Source of the DNA: an uncultured bacterium
GTDB taxonomy: Bacteria; Patescibacteriota; Minisyncoccia; Minisyncoccales; UBA10102
Length of the DNA: 64,000 nt
Assembly (NCBI GenBank): GCA_913054235.1
Contig: CAJXJI010000001.1
Coordinates: forward strand, 6,868-70,867
Direction of reading: 5' to 3'
In this document: positions 27,312 to 35,869 of the stretch, one piece after another
How positions within the stretch are numbered: the stretch's first letter is position 1
Layout of the letters: the number at the start of each line of letters is the position of its first letter
Program-made: the position numbers and the translations under genes
The notes under the pieces: model-generated
What the model saw: the letters and a program-made list of their open reading frames with translations, nothing else
Told to the model about the DNA's origin: nothing
The model's database searches: none

Positions 27312-27815
27312 CTAAACATCCACCTTGCCCTTTAGGGCTTGAATGGCTCTATGAACCCCTACTCTCACGTTCTCCTCAGTCTTGCCGGTAATTTGAGCTA
27401 TTTCAGGCACAGTGAGCTCATCTACATATCGCCAGATAATAAGGTCCTGATAGTCTCCTTGGAGCTTTGCTATAGCCTCTTTTATCCTATCCATTTCCAA
27501 GCTTACTTCGCCCTGTTCTCTTGTTCTTTCCTGAATATCTTCAATTTCAATAGTGGTTTTCTCAATAGATACCACGGTAATCTTTTTGCTCCTATAATGG
27601 TCTGCTATGACATTCCTTGCTATTTGGTAGACAAAGGCCTGAGGATTCTCAATTACAGGATTGTTCTTTTGAATATGCCTGTATAAGCGCAAAAACACCT
27701 CAGACGACAAATCCTCTGCCGTCTCAACTAAACTAACCTTCAGGTATATAAACCGATAGATCTTGTTGACATATTGATCGTATACCTGATTAAAATATTG
27801 ATCTATTTCTTCCAT
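27312..27815 (-). CDS. ECF-type RNA polymerase sigma factor (sigma-70 regions 2 and 4)
   Basis: Region 2 FIYLKVSLVETAEDLSSEVFLRLYRH...QAFVYQIARNVIADHYR; region 4 HTH LTVPEIAQITGKTEENVRVGVHRAIQALK; 167 aa. Confidence 0.85.
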   Translation of the reverse strand: MEEIDQYFNQVYDQYVNKIYRFIYLKVSLVETAEDLSSEVFLRLYRHIQKNNPVIENPQAFVYQIARNVIADHYRSKKITVVSIEKTTIEIEDIQERTREQGEVSLEMDRIKEAIAKLQGDYQDLIIWRYVDELTVPEIAQITGKTEENVRVGVHRAIQALKGKVDV

Positions 27816-27901
27816 ATCTATATGAATGTCCTACCGCATATGATAGGACAAATAGCCTACAAAGTCAATGTCCTAGTTTTATGCACAGTTATTCCCCAGT
27901 T

Positions 27902-28528
27902 TTAACGAATCTGATAAAAAATCTCATTCCACTCTCCTTGTCTGATAATAAAGCTACGCTGGAGTAAGTCATCTAAATCTCTTCGCAAAGTTCTTTTCGT
28001 AACTTCAGGAAGTACCTTTTGTAATTCCCAAACCTGTACTTTTGGCTTGTTTCGCATAAGCTCTAAAATCCTAGATTGTCTAAAGGAAAGCTTCCCTTTA
28101 GATACTGACGTATTTTCCTTGCTCTTTATAACAGGAACTGTCTGTCTTGTGCTTATATCTTGCTTCAGAACAACTCGCTCTTGATTTACTACTATTGATT
28201 TTTCGTGAATCTTACGTAAAAACTCTCCCACCCTGTTATACTCCCGCTCCAGCATTATAAAGTTTTCTGGGTTTATTTCAGCTGTGCGTTTTGCATAGTT
28301 TAAATAAGCTACAAGTTTACCAGTCTCCCGAATTGCTCTTGCGGTCACCGTAGGCCTTTGCCCTGACATAGCGGGGTTTTCTTGCACAAGCAAAATAAGG
28401 CTTACCAAAAGCTTATTTGAAGAATCTTGCACCTGAGCTCTTAAAGGATCCTCTCGGGGCAAGATATTAACTACTTTATGAGTAGCTACTATGAGACGAA
28501 CAAAAAAGTCAGCATTCATTATACGCAT
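27902..28528 (-). CDS. Putative transcriptional regulator with C-terminal DeoR-like winged-helix HTH
   Basis: C-terminal RQSRILELMRNKPKVQVWELQKVLPEVTKRTLRRDLDDLLQRSFIIRQ matches the HTH_DeoR pattern; the N-terminal 120 aa are unassigned. Confidence 0.5.
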   Translation of the reverse strand: MRIMNADFFVRLIVATHKVVNILPREDPLRAQVQDSSNKLLVSLILLVQENPAMSGQRPTVTARAIRETGKLVAYLNYAKRTAEINPENFIMLEREYNRVGEFLRKIHEKSIVVNQERVVLKQDISTRQTVPVIKSKENTSVSKGKLSFRQSRILELMRNKPKVQVWELQKVLPEVTKRTLRRDLDDLLQRSFIIRQGEWNEIFYQIR

Positions 28529-28570
28529 TTTACTATACCAAAGACCTATCCCTCGGTCAAAGACCGTTCA

Positions 28571-28598
28571 TTGACAAAACATAAATATAATATATACT
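28571..28598 (+). promoter_or_regulatory. Sigma70-like promoter TTGACA-16-TATACT for the first islet gene
   Basis: Seen directly; followed by RBS GGGAGG and the ATG at 28690. Confidence 0.4.
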
Positions 28599-28689
28599 AT
28601 AACAAGGACATCGCTTGGATAAACCAAGCAAATTACCACGGTCTCTATGGGTAGTGTGGGGAAGAGGCTGATGTAGGGAGGCTCACATA

Positions 28690-28914
28690 ATGATAAGAAT
28701 GACAAAATTGATGCAGCGTGTAGCAAAGGAACAACAGCAACCATTGGAGCGGTTGCTACCAGAAATGATCAATGACATCGGGTTTTCAGCTACTGCAAAG
28801 GAACTGGACATCAATAAGGCAACCCTAGGGTACTGGCTCTTAAAGCTCGGCATACGTGTACAGCGAGTAGCTCTTGCTCCAGGGGAAACCCTGGAAATAA
28901 AGAGGCTATCTTAG
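28690..28914 (+). CDS. Small (74 aa) helix-turn-helix protein
   Basis: IGFSATAKELDINKATLGYWLLKLGI is HTH-like; it has its own promoter, RBS and downstream hairpin plus T-run. Confidence 0.5.
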   Translation: MIRMTKLMQRVAKEQQQPLERLLPEMINDIGFSATAKELDINKATLGYWLLKLGIRVQRVALAPGETLEIKRLS

Positions 28915-28945
28915 GTCTTTAATCTAGGGGTTTTTCCCCAAAATA

Positions 28946-28979
28946 GGCGCTAGTATCCCCTGCTGGCGCCCTTTTTATT
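28946..28979 (+). terminator. Hairpin plus CTTTTTATT terminator after the HTH gene
   Basis: GGCGC...GCGCC stem with a 15-nt loop, then CTTTTTATT. Confidence 0.35.
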
Positions 28980-29046
28980 ACCAACAAAACCTTATTTACC
29001 TTGACATACCATATATCTTGGAGTATACCCTTAAGGATACTATACT

Positions 29047-29265
29047 GTGGAGAAGATAGTGGTAAAACAGAGAGATAAGCGGAGTAAAAATCCCAAAAAG
29101 AAGAGCCCATTTCGCAAAAACAGAAAAGTACGTATTAATGGAGGCCGCTTTGATGGTGCTATAGCAACAATCATGTTTGCTGGTAATAGCGAAGCTACAG
29201 TCAGAATACCAGGACGCGAAAAACCTGAGTCATTTTCCCTCGATCAACTACGCTTGGCCTCCTAA
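29047..29265 (+). CDS. Small (72 aa) basic protein with KOW-like motif
   Basis: N-terminus KQRDKRSKNPKKKSPFRKNRK is highly basic; KVRINGGRFDGAIATIMFAGNSEATVRIPG resembles a KOW/L24-like beta barrel; followed by a strong terminator. Confidence 0.45.
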   Translation: MEKIVVKQRDKRSKNPKKKSPFRKNRKVRINGGRFDGAIATIMFAGNSEATVRIPGREKPESFSLDQLRLAS

Positions 29266-29294
29266 GGAGAAGCAAATCTCCAGAAAAAGCAAAA

Positions 29295-29328
29295 GCCCTT
29301 GGCATATTGCCAAGAGCTTTTTTATTTT
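29295..29328 (+). terminator. Rho-independent terminator
   Basis: GCCCUUGGCA-uau-UGCCAAGAGC (one mismatch), followed by TTTTTTATTTT. Confidence 0.6.
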
Positions 29329-29426
29329 CTATCCTTGGTTCGGCCAAGTTATTAACACCTGCCTGCGCAGGCAGGCCTTAGCAAGATTAAGTTTCCTTTC
29401 CATTCAAAACCAATATTACAACACCA

Positions 29427-29454
29427 TTGACAAATCCAAAATAAGGTGTATAAT
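29427..29454 (+). promoter_or_regulatory. Near-consensus sigma70 promoter TTGACA-16-TATAAT
   Basis: ttgacaaatccaaaataaggtgTATAAT seen directly; drives the downstream 49-aa ORF or sRNA unit. Confidence 0.5.
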
Positions 29455-29495
29455 ATCACTTAAGTACCAAGAGAGGGGTATCTTATGGAGGCACA

Positions 29496-29645
29496 ATGAG
29501 CCACAATATACGCGCAACATGTATCTTTCATTATGGGGATTCAAGCCCCACCACAAAAGAACTAGCAGTACTTGCATCCAATGGATGGGATATACTTCTA
29601 GACGGCGATGCACAGACGTGCACACTCGTCAAAAATGATTTCTAG
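29496..29645 (+). CDS. 49-aa peptide MSHNIRATCIFHYGDSSPTTKELAVLASNGWDILLDGDAQTCTLVKNDF (alternatively a ~280-nt sRNA)
   Basis: Consensus promoter upstream, RBS GAGAGGGG, a 4-codon uORF (MEAQ) whose stop overlaps the main ATG (AATGA), and a strong terminator downstream. No homology recognised. Confidence 0.35.
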   Translation: MSHNIRATCIFHYGDSSPTTKELAVLASNGWDILLDGDAQTCTLVKNDF

Positions 29646-29707
29646 CTAGCAAAATCCAGCAAGCAATATTCTTTGTTTTAAAAATCTTCTCTCTTGGGCA
29701 AACAAAA

Positions 29708-29742
29708 GCCCCCCGGCACAAAACACCGGGGGCTCTTTTTTA
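29708..29742 (+). terminator. Strong rho-independent terminator
   Basis: GCCCCCCGG-cacaaaaca-CCGGGGGCU followed by CTTTTTTAT. Confidence 0.7.
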
Positions 29743-29828
29743 TCTAATGCTCCCTTAACTAAGTTGAGCATTTTTAGTCTAGCCAAGTTATCTATACAGA
29801 TTACTATGCGTATCAATATCAATAAAAA

Positions 29829-30548
29829 TCAAAGTCCAAGAAAAGTCCTCAGCACCGAAGAAGGAATAACAAAGATGTTTCTTTGAAGGTCAGCATCTGC
29901 TAAACCCGCAACTCTTCCTTCCACGTCAAACAAAGGAGCACCATCAACATTTTCATTCTCCACGATTGAAGTGGATAAAGAATCTTCTTCTACTTTCTTT
30001 ACAATCCCCATATTCACAATTAGAGTTCCTTCACCCTCCTCAATAATTTTTGCTAGTAATACCACTCGCTCTCCAAGCTTAACTCCCCCATTACCAACAA
30101 AACCAGCTGTTTTAAGTCCCATATCTTCTATTTTTAAAAGCACAAGATTATTTTTTACATCACGTTTTAAAACTTGGGCCTCCAATGGATCTTGTCCTTC
30201 AGGATATATCATAATCTTAAAGCCAGTTGGAACCAGGGAAGATAAAGTAACAATTAATCCGTCTGAAGTATATACAAGGCCAGAACCTGCTCGCGTGCCA
30301 GAACTCTTTAGCGCAACCACAGTATTTTTTACTTCTTGAATTGTCCTCTCTATTGCCTCATTCTCACGAACAAAAATCTGCTCTACGGGAGCTATTATTT
30401 GAGTTCTTGCATTCCAATCTTTTAAAAATTGCCAATCTGCAAAAGCAGGGTTTGCTGCCAAAGAAGGTAGCAAAAAAGCTTGGGACCAGAGGCCCCCAGC
30501 AGCTCCTGCTAAAAACAGAAGTAAAAACAAAAGAATTCGTCTTGTCAT
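29829..30548 (-). CDS. Catalytically inactive trypsin-fold HtrA/DegP-like pseudoprotease with signal/TM anchor
   Basis: Collinear with the neighbouring HtrA. GSGLVYTSDGLIVTLSSLV aligns with GSGFIVSPDGLIITNKHVV (His to Ser). NNLVLLKIED aligns with QDLAVLKIDQ (Asp to Asn). NVDGAPLFD aligns with GNSGGPLLN (the nucleophile Ser falls on Asp). No PDZ domain. Confidence 0.6.
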   Translation of the reverse strand: MTRRILLFLLLFLAGAAGGLWSQAFLLPSLAANPAFADWQFLKDWNARTQIIAPVEQIFVRENEAIERTIQEVKNTVVALKSSGTRAGSGLVYTSDGLIVTLSSLVPTGFKIMIYPEGQDPLEAQVLKRDVKNNLVLLKIEDMGLKTAGFVGNGGVKLGERVVLLAKIIEEGEGTLIVNMGIVKKVEEDSLSTSIVENENVDGAPLFDVEGRVAGLADADLQRNIFVIPSSVLRTFLGL

Positions 30549-33257
30549 CTAGCGTGCTGTTTTTTGGAGTTTTCGCTTTGGCATGGTTTTTAAAGAATCC
30601 ATGGAACCCAAAACTACAATCTCCTTATTCTCTGCATCTACCCGCACCTTTCCTCCAGACTGAACTTCTCCTGTAACAATTTTAAGTGACAGCGGATCTA
30701 ATACTTTGCGCAAAATAACACGGCGCAAGGGACGGGCTCCCAGTGCAGGATCAAATCCTTGTTCTGCCAGAAGCTCTTTTGCTTTTTCTGTAACATCCAT
30801 TGTAATTCCCTTAACAGAGATACGCGAAGCAACTTTGGCTAATTCCAACTCCACAATCTTTTTTATTTCCAGCTTTGCTAAGTAGTCAAAGATAATGATT
30901 TCATCAATACGATTTAAAAATTCAGGGCGAAACTCCTCTTTTAAGACTGCCATAACCTTATCTCGAACAGAATTCTTTTTCTCTTCCATGTTGTCTCCCA
31001 TAAAGCCGAGGGGAGACATTTCAGCTATATGCTGCGAACCAACGTTTGAAGTCATAATAATAATGGCGTTTTTAAAGGAAGCAACTCTCCCTTTTGCATC
31101 GGTAAGACGACCATCTTCCATTATCTGCAAAAGCACATTAAATACCTCAGGATGAGCTTTTTCAATCTCATCAAACAAAATAACTGAATAGGGACGTCTC
31201 CTTATTTTCTCAGTTAGCTGACCTCCTTCTTCATGTCCCACATATCCTGGAGGAGAGCCAATCATGCGTGAAGTGGTATGACGTTCCATATACTCTGACA
31301 TATCCAAACGAATCAAAGCATTTTCATCATTAAAGAGAAACTCAGCTAATGCTTTTGCAGTTTCGGTCTTGCCTACTCCAGTCGGACCCAAAAACAAGAA
31401 CGAACCCAAAGGTCTATTTTCTTCAGATAACCCCGCCCTGTTTCTTCGAATAGCACTTGAAATAGCAACCACTGCTTCTTCTTGCCCAATGATCCTTTTC
31501 TTTAATGCATGTTCCATCTTTTCTAATTTCTTTGCCTCCTCTTCCATTAATCGCATAACAGGAATACCGGTCCATTTTGAAACTACACGAGCAACATCTT
31601 CTTCCGTAACCTCTTCTTTGAGTAGAGGATTAGTCTTTTGAAATCTTGCCAATTTTTTTTCTTCTCCCCGAAGTTTCTTCATAAAGTCCGGGATTGTTGC
31701 ATATTTTATCTCAGCTGCCTTTTGCGAATCCCCTGATGCCTGCTCTCGCTCCACCTGAAACCTTGCATCTTCCAAATCCTTCTTAATATCTTTTATGGTA
31801 TCAATAACATCTTTTTCTGATCTCCACTTTGACTCAATTGCTTTTGCTTTTTCCCGCAAATCAGCCAAAGCTCTGGAATTTGCTTTTACCTTTTTTTCTT
31901 CAACTCCCTCTGCTTTAAACGCAGCTTGTTCAATCTCAAGTTTTTGAATCTGCCGCTTTAAAGAATCAAGTTCGGCGGGTTCAGATTCCATTTCCAAGCG
32001 CAAAGAAGACATTGCCTCGTCCATTAAATCGACAGCCTTGTCTGGCAAGAATCTATCTGAAATATATCTTGCTGCCAAGTTTGCTGCAGACACAAGTGCA
32101 GAATCTTTAATCTTTACTCCATGATGCAGTTCATATTTTTCTTTAATTCCCCGCAAGATTGAAATAGCATCTTCAATGCTGGGTTCTACTACCAAGATAG
32201 GTTGGAACCTGCGCTCTAAAGCAGGGTCTTTCTCAATATATTTTTGATATTCCTTGAGCGTTGTAGCTCCAATTGCTCTTAGTTCTCCGCGCGCCAAAGC
32301 TGGCTTTAAGAGATTGGAGGCATCAATGGCTCCTTCAGCCGCCCCAGCTCCCACCAGCGTATGCAGCTCGTCAATAAACAAGAGGTATTTTCCTGCTGCT
32401 CTTTCAATCTCTTTTAAAAGCGCCTTAATACGATCTTCAAATTCACCTCGGTATTTGGTACCTGCTACCAAAGCTCCAATATCCAAAGCAATAATTTCTT
32501 TTTCTTTTAAAGATTCTGGGACATCTCCTTTTATAATTTTTTGTGCCAATCCTTCCACTACCGCAGTTTTTCCAACACCAGCCTCTCCAATAAGGACAGG
32601 GTTGTTCTTTGTTCTCCGAGACAACACTTGCATTAATCTTCGAATCTCATCTTCCCTTCCAATAACAGGATCAAGCTTCCCTTGCTCAGCTAAACGGGTA
32701 AGATTTCGTGCATACTTTTCTATAACCTGATACTTGCTCTCTGGCGCAGGGTCTGTAATGCGAACACCCCCTCTTATCTGAGCTAAGATTTTTAAAGCCA
32801 TTTCGTAATTTAAACTACCAAACTCCACCGCCTCTGGTCCTCCAGCACTGGGTTTAAGAAAACTCGTACGTTCCAAGATTTCTTTTGCTTTAGAGTTTGT
32901 ATCCAGCAATCCTAAAAATAAATGTTCTACTGAAACATACTCGTCTCCCATTTTAGAAGCCTCCTGGCGAGCACGTTCCATTACCTTTGCTAGGTCTTGA
33001 GTAAGATAAAACTGACCAAGAGGATTCGCTCCAGATACCACAGGAAGACGTCCTAAAGCTGTCTCTGTCTTACGCTTTAGGCCATCAATATCTGCTCCAA
33101 TCTTTTGCAATAATGTTAATACCACGCTCTCTTCTTGTCCAAGTAATGCAAAAAGCAAGTGCAACGCATCCACCTGTTGCTGTCCTCGCTCCTGAGCAAG
33201 ATTTTGTGCTTGAAACAAGGCTTCTTGTGCCTTATGGGTAAAGTTTCCTGAATTCAT
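30549..33257 (-). CDS. clpB: ATP-dependent chaperone ClpB
   Basis: Clp N-domain; two AAA+ modules (GEAGVGKTA and GPTGVGKTE Walker A); long coiled-coil middle domain; 902 aa. Confidence 0.93.
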   Translation of the reverse strand: MNSGNFTHKAQEALFQAQNLAQERGQQQVDALHLLFALLGQEESVVLTLLQKIGADIDGLKRKTETALGRLPVVSGANPLGQFYLTQDLAKVMERARQEASKMGDEYVSVEHLFLGLLDTNSKAKEILERTSFLKPSAGGPEAVEFGSLNYEMALKILAQIRGGVRITDPAPESKYQVIEKYARNLTRLAEQGKLDPVIGREDEIRRLMQVLSRRTKNNPVLIGEAGVGKTAVVEGLAQKIIKGDVPESLKEKEIIALDIGALVAGTKYRGEFEDRIKALLKEIERAAGKYLLFIDELHTLVGAGAAEGAIDASNLLKPALARGELRAIGATTLKEYQKYIEKDPALERRFQPILVVEPSIEDAISILRGIKEKYELHHGVKIKDSALVSAANLAARYISDRFLPDKAVDLMDEAMSSLRLEMESEPAELDSLKRQIQKLEIEQAAFKAEGVEEKKVKANSRALADLREKAKAIESKWRSEKDVIDTIKDIKKDLEDARFQVEREQASGDSQKAAEIKYATIPDFMKKLRGEEKKLARFQKTNPLLKEEVTEEDVARVVSKWTGIPVMRLMEEEAKKLEKMEHALKKRIIGQEEAVVAISSAIRRNRAGLSEENRPLGSFLFLGPTGVGKTETAKALAEFLFNDENALIRLDMSEYMERHTTSRMIGSPPGYVGHEEGGQLTEKIRRRPYSVILFDEIEKAHPEVFNVLLQIMEDGRLTDAKGRVASFKNAIIIMTSNVGSQHIAEMSPLGFMGDNMEEKKNSVRDKVMAVLKEEFRPEFLNRIDEIIIFDYLAKLEIKKIVELELAKVASRISVKGITMDVTEKAKELLAEQGFDPALGARPLRRVILRKVLDPLSLKIVTGEVQSGGKVRVDAENKEIVVLGSMDSLKTMPKRKLQKTAR

Positions 33258-33298
33258 AGAATATACTTAAAATACCACAAAAAAGAACATAAAGCAAC

Positions 33299-34654
33299 CT
33301 ATTCTGAGCGCTCGTCCAACTTCACACTAAAGATGTGTTCCTCACTATCACGAAGCACTTTGAGCACAACCTCCTCGTCAGGATTATACTGTTGGAGAAT
33401 ATTTGCCAAAGAGTTCTCTTTGTCAATACGCTCCCCATTTATTTCCAAGATAATGTCTCCTGCAACAATTCCTGCTGCCTCTGCAGCTGACCCTGGGACA
33501 ACAGCAGCCTTCCCATCGGGGCCGGATTTAATCCATACTCCGTGCGTGACCGATAAGTTTTCTTCTTGCGCCACTGCCTCTATTATTTCAACATAGCGCA
33601 CACCCAAGAAAGGATACACTATCTTGCCCAATTCCATTACCTGTTTAATATCACGCGCTGCTCTGTTCACAGGAATTGCAAAACCAATATTTTGGGCATC
33701 CAGCACAGTTGCAGTATTAATACCAATAACTTCCCCAGCCAGATTCAACAAAGGGCCCCCTGAATTACCTTTATTAATAGCAGCATCAGTTTGGATCACA
33801 TTTTCTATGGTTTCAACAAAATTTCCAGAGCCCGAAGCAGTGATAGTACGCCCCAACCCAGAAATAACTCCTACGGAAACCGTATTACGAAACTCAGCTA
33901 ATGCATTTCCAATGGTAATTACAGTCTGCCCAATTTTAAGAATATCAGAGTCACCTAAGACCACTGATACAAAAGGCACTCTCGTAAGATTCCCATCAGC
34001 ATCAATAATACTTTCCTGATCAATCTTTAAGACCGCCAAATCCTGCAAAGGATCTTTTGCCAGCACGCGAGCAGTAAAGGAATTACCATCTGTGGTAAAA
34101 ACCGTATACTCTGCTTCATCATCCAACACCACATGCTTATTGGTAATAATGAGTCCGTCTGGAGAAACAATGAATCCCGACCCACCTCCTACCTCACGTC
34201 TCTCTATCCCCTGCTGGCGAAATTGTGGAATCTGAAATCGAGAACGTCCACCAAAGAAACCTTCAAAAGGGTCAACAAAAAATTGCTCTATAATTGGAAC
34301 ATCCTTGGTAATGATAATACTTACCACGGCAGGAGAAACACTTTCTACAACATTAATAATCTTTTGCTCCTGCGTGGTCTGGGGAATATATTCTTTTTCT
34401 ATCACTCTTTCTTGTATAGTCCTTTCTGGCAATTCAAACCCAACCTGCGTTAGCAGTGTTGAGACTTGTTGGTATAGAACTCCTCCAACCACTGCTCCTG
34501 CGGTGAAACCAGAGAACGAAGAAATCGCAACCACCAAAACCAAGAGAGAAATCAACTCACTTTGCCCAAGTTTTTTTGCAAGTTTTTGCAAGGGATTTTT
34601 ATCTTGCTTAAAAATCCTTTTTGGTTCTGTTGGAGGTAGTTCATTAAGTGCCAT
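33299..34654 (-). CDS. htrA: HtrA/DegP-family serine endoprotease with PDZ domain
   Basis: N-terminal TM; catalytic TNKHVV, DLAVLKID and GNSGGPL; C-terminal PDZ GVWIKSGPDGKAAVVPGSAAEAAGIVAGDIILEING. Confidence 0.9.
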   Translation of the reverse strand: MALNELPPTEPKRIFKQDKNPLQKLAKKLGQSELISLLVLVVAISSFSGFTAGAVVGGVLYQQVSTLLTQVGFELPERTIQERVIEKEYIPQTTQEQKIINVVESVSPAVVSIIITKDVPIIEQFFVDPFEGFFGGRSRFQIPQFRQQGIERREVGGGSGFIVSPDGLIITNKHVVLDDEAEYTVFTTDGNSFTARVLAKDPLQDLAVLKIDQESIIDADGNLTRVPFVSVVLGDSDILKIGQTVITIGNALAEFRNTVSVGVISGLGRTITASGSGNFVETIENVIQTDAAINKGNSGGPLLNLAGEVIGINTATVLDAQNIGFAIPVNRAARDIKQVMELGKIVYPFLGVRYVEIIEAVAQEENLSVTHGVWIKSGPDGKAAVVPGSAAEAAGIVAGDIILEINGERIDKENSLANILQQYNPDEEVVLKVLRDSEEHIFSVKLDERSE

Positions 34655-34669
34655 ATTACACTTTCTATT

Positions 34670-35869
34670 TTACTTCTTTATCCTGAGCTGTTCAATCACC
34701 TTTTCAAGAACCTTCACGGTCTTTTCTACTTCCTCTTTTTTTGTATGCTTTCCTAAAGTTATACGCACAGCACAAGAAGCTTCTGTTTTTGTGTATCCCA
34801 TGCTCAAAAGCACATGGGAGGGTTCCTGAGATCTTTCAGAACATGCTGAACCAGCAGAAATCGCAATCCCTTTTTGGTCAAGCAATAAAACAACATCCTT
34901 TCCCTCAACTCCTTTAAAGCGAATATGTACATTATTTGGCAATCGCTTTAGCAATGAACCTGTTACTTCTGCGGTAGAAATTCTCTGCTGGATAATCTTT
35001 ATAAACATGTCTCGCAACTGCCGTATCCTGATGTTTTGCACTTTAGTCTTTGGATTTTGAATCTCTCCTATTGCCTCTCCCATGCCAACAATGCCAGCTA
35101 CATTTTCTGTGCCAGGCCTCATATCTTGTTCTTGCCCTCCTCCAAGAAACAGAGGCTCAATTGCGCTTCCCTTCCTTATATACAACACTCCAGCTCCTTT
35201 TGGGCCATATATTTTATGTGAACTTAAGGTCAAAAGATCCACCCCAAGTTTTTCTACATTACAATCAAGATATAATGCAGCCTGCACAGCATCGCTGTGA
35301 AATACTACCTGACGCTTTGCATCTTCCTTCTTGTACTTCCTGAGCATTTTCCCTATTTCTGCTATTGGCTGAATGGTGCCTATCTCGCTATTTGCATATT
35401 GGATAGATACAAGAATAGTATTTTTTTGAAGTGATTTTTCTATGTCTTTTAGATTTACAACTCCCTCTTTTCCAACCTTAATATAGGTAGCTTCAATTAC
35501 TCCTTTCTTTTCTAATGCTTCAATGGGAGCTAGGAGCGACTCATGCTCTATTACGCACGTAATAACATGAGGCTTTGTAAAAGAGCTCTGTTTGATAACT
35601 CCTTGAATCGCAATATTATTTGCCTCGGTAGCTCCCGCCGTAAATACTACCTCGTTTGCGAAGCAAGAAAGGAACTTTGCAACTTGCTCGCGAGCTCCTT
35701 CCACTGCGGCTTTTGCACGCTGTCCTACTTGATGGACCGAAGAAGGATTCCCAAACTCACGTGCAAAAAACGGCAGCATTACTTTTTGTACCTTTGCGTC
35801 TTGTGGAGTAGAAGCTGCGTAATCTAAATAAATAAATCTCTTTCTCATGATTTCTTTTTTGCTTTCCAT
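34670..35869 (-). CDS. Cysteine desulfurase (class V aminotransferase, IscS/NifS-like)
   Basis: PLP-lysine motif SSHKIYGPKGAGVLY; active-site loop SAGSACS. Confidence 0.88.
   Translation of the reverse strand: MESKKEIMRKRFIYLDYAASTPQDAKVQKVMLPFFAREFGNPSSVHQVGQRAKAAVEGAREQVAKFLSCFANEVVFTAGATEANNIAIQGVIKQSSFTKPHVITCVIEHESLLAPIEALEKKGVIEATYIKVGKEGVVNLKDIEKSLQKNTILVSIQYANSEIGTIQPIAEIGKMLRKYKKEDAKRQVVFHSDAVQAALYLDCNVEKLGVDLLTLSSHKIYGPKGAGVLYIRKGSAIEPLFLGGGQEQDMRPGTENVAGIVGMGEAIGEIQNPKTKVQNIRIRQLRDMFIKIIQQRISTAEVTGSLLKRLPNNVHIRFKGVEGKDVVLLLDQKGIAISAGSACSERSQEPSHVLLSMGYTKTEASCAVRITLGKHTKKEEVEKTVKVLEKVIEQLRIKK

Noticed and set aside
29177-29638. 153-aa plus-strand ORF
   Set aside because: It reads through a strong intrinsic terminator (29295-29328) and a consensus promoter (29427-29454). 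The real units are the flanking small genes.
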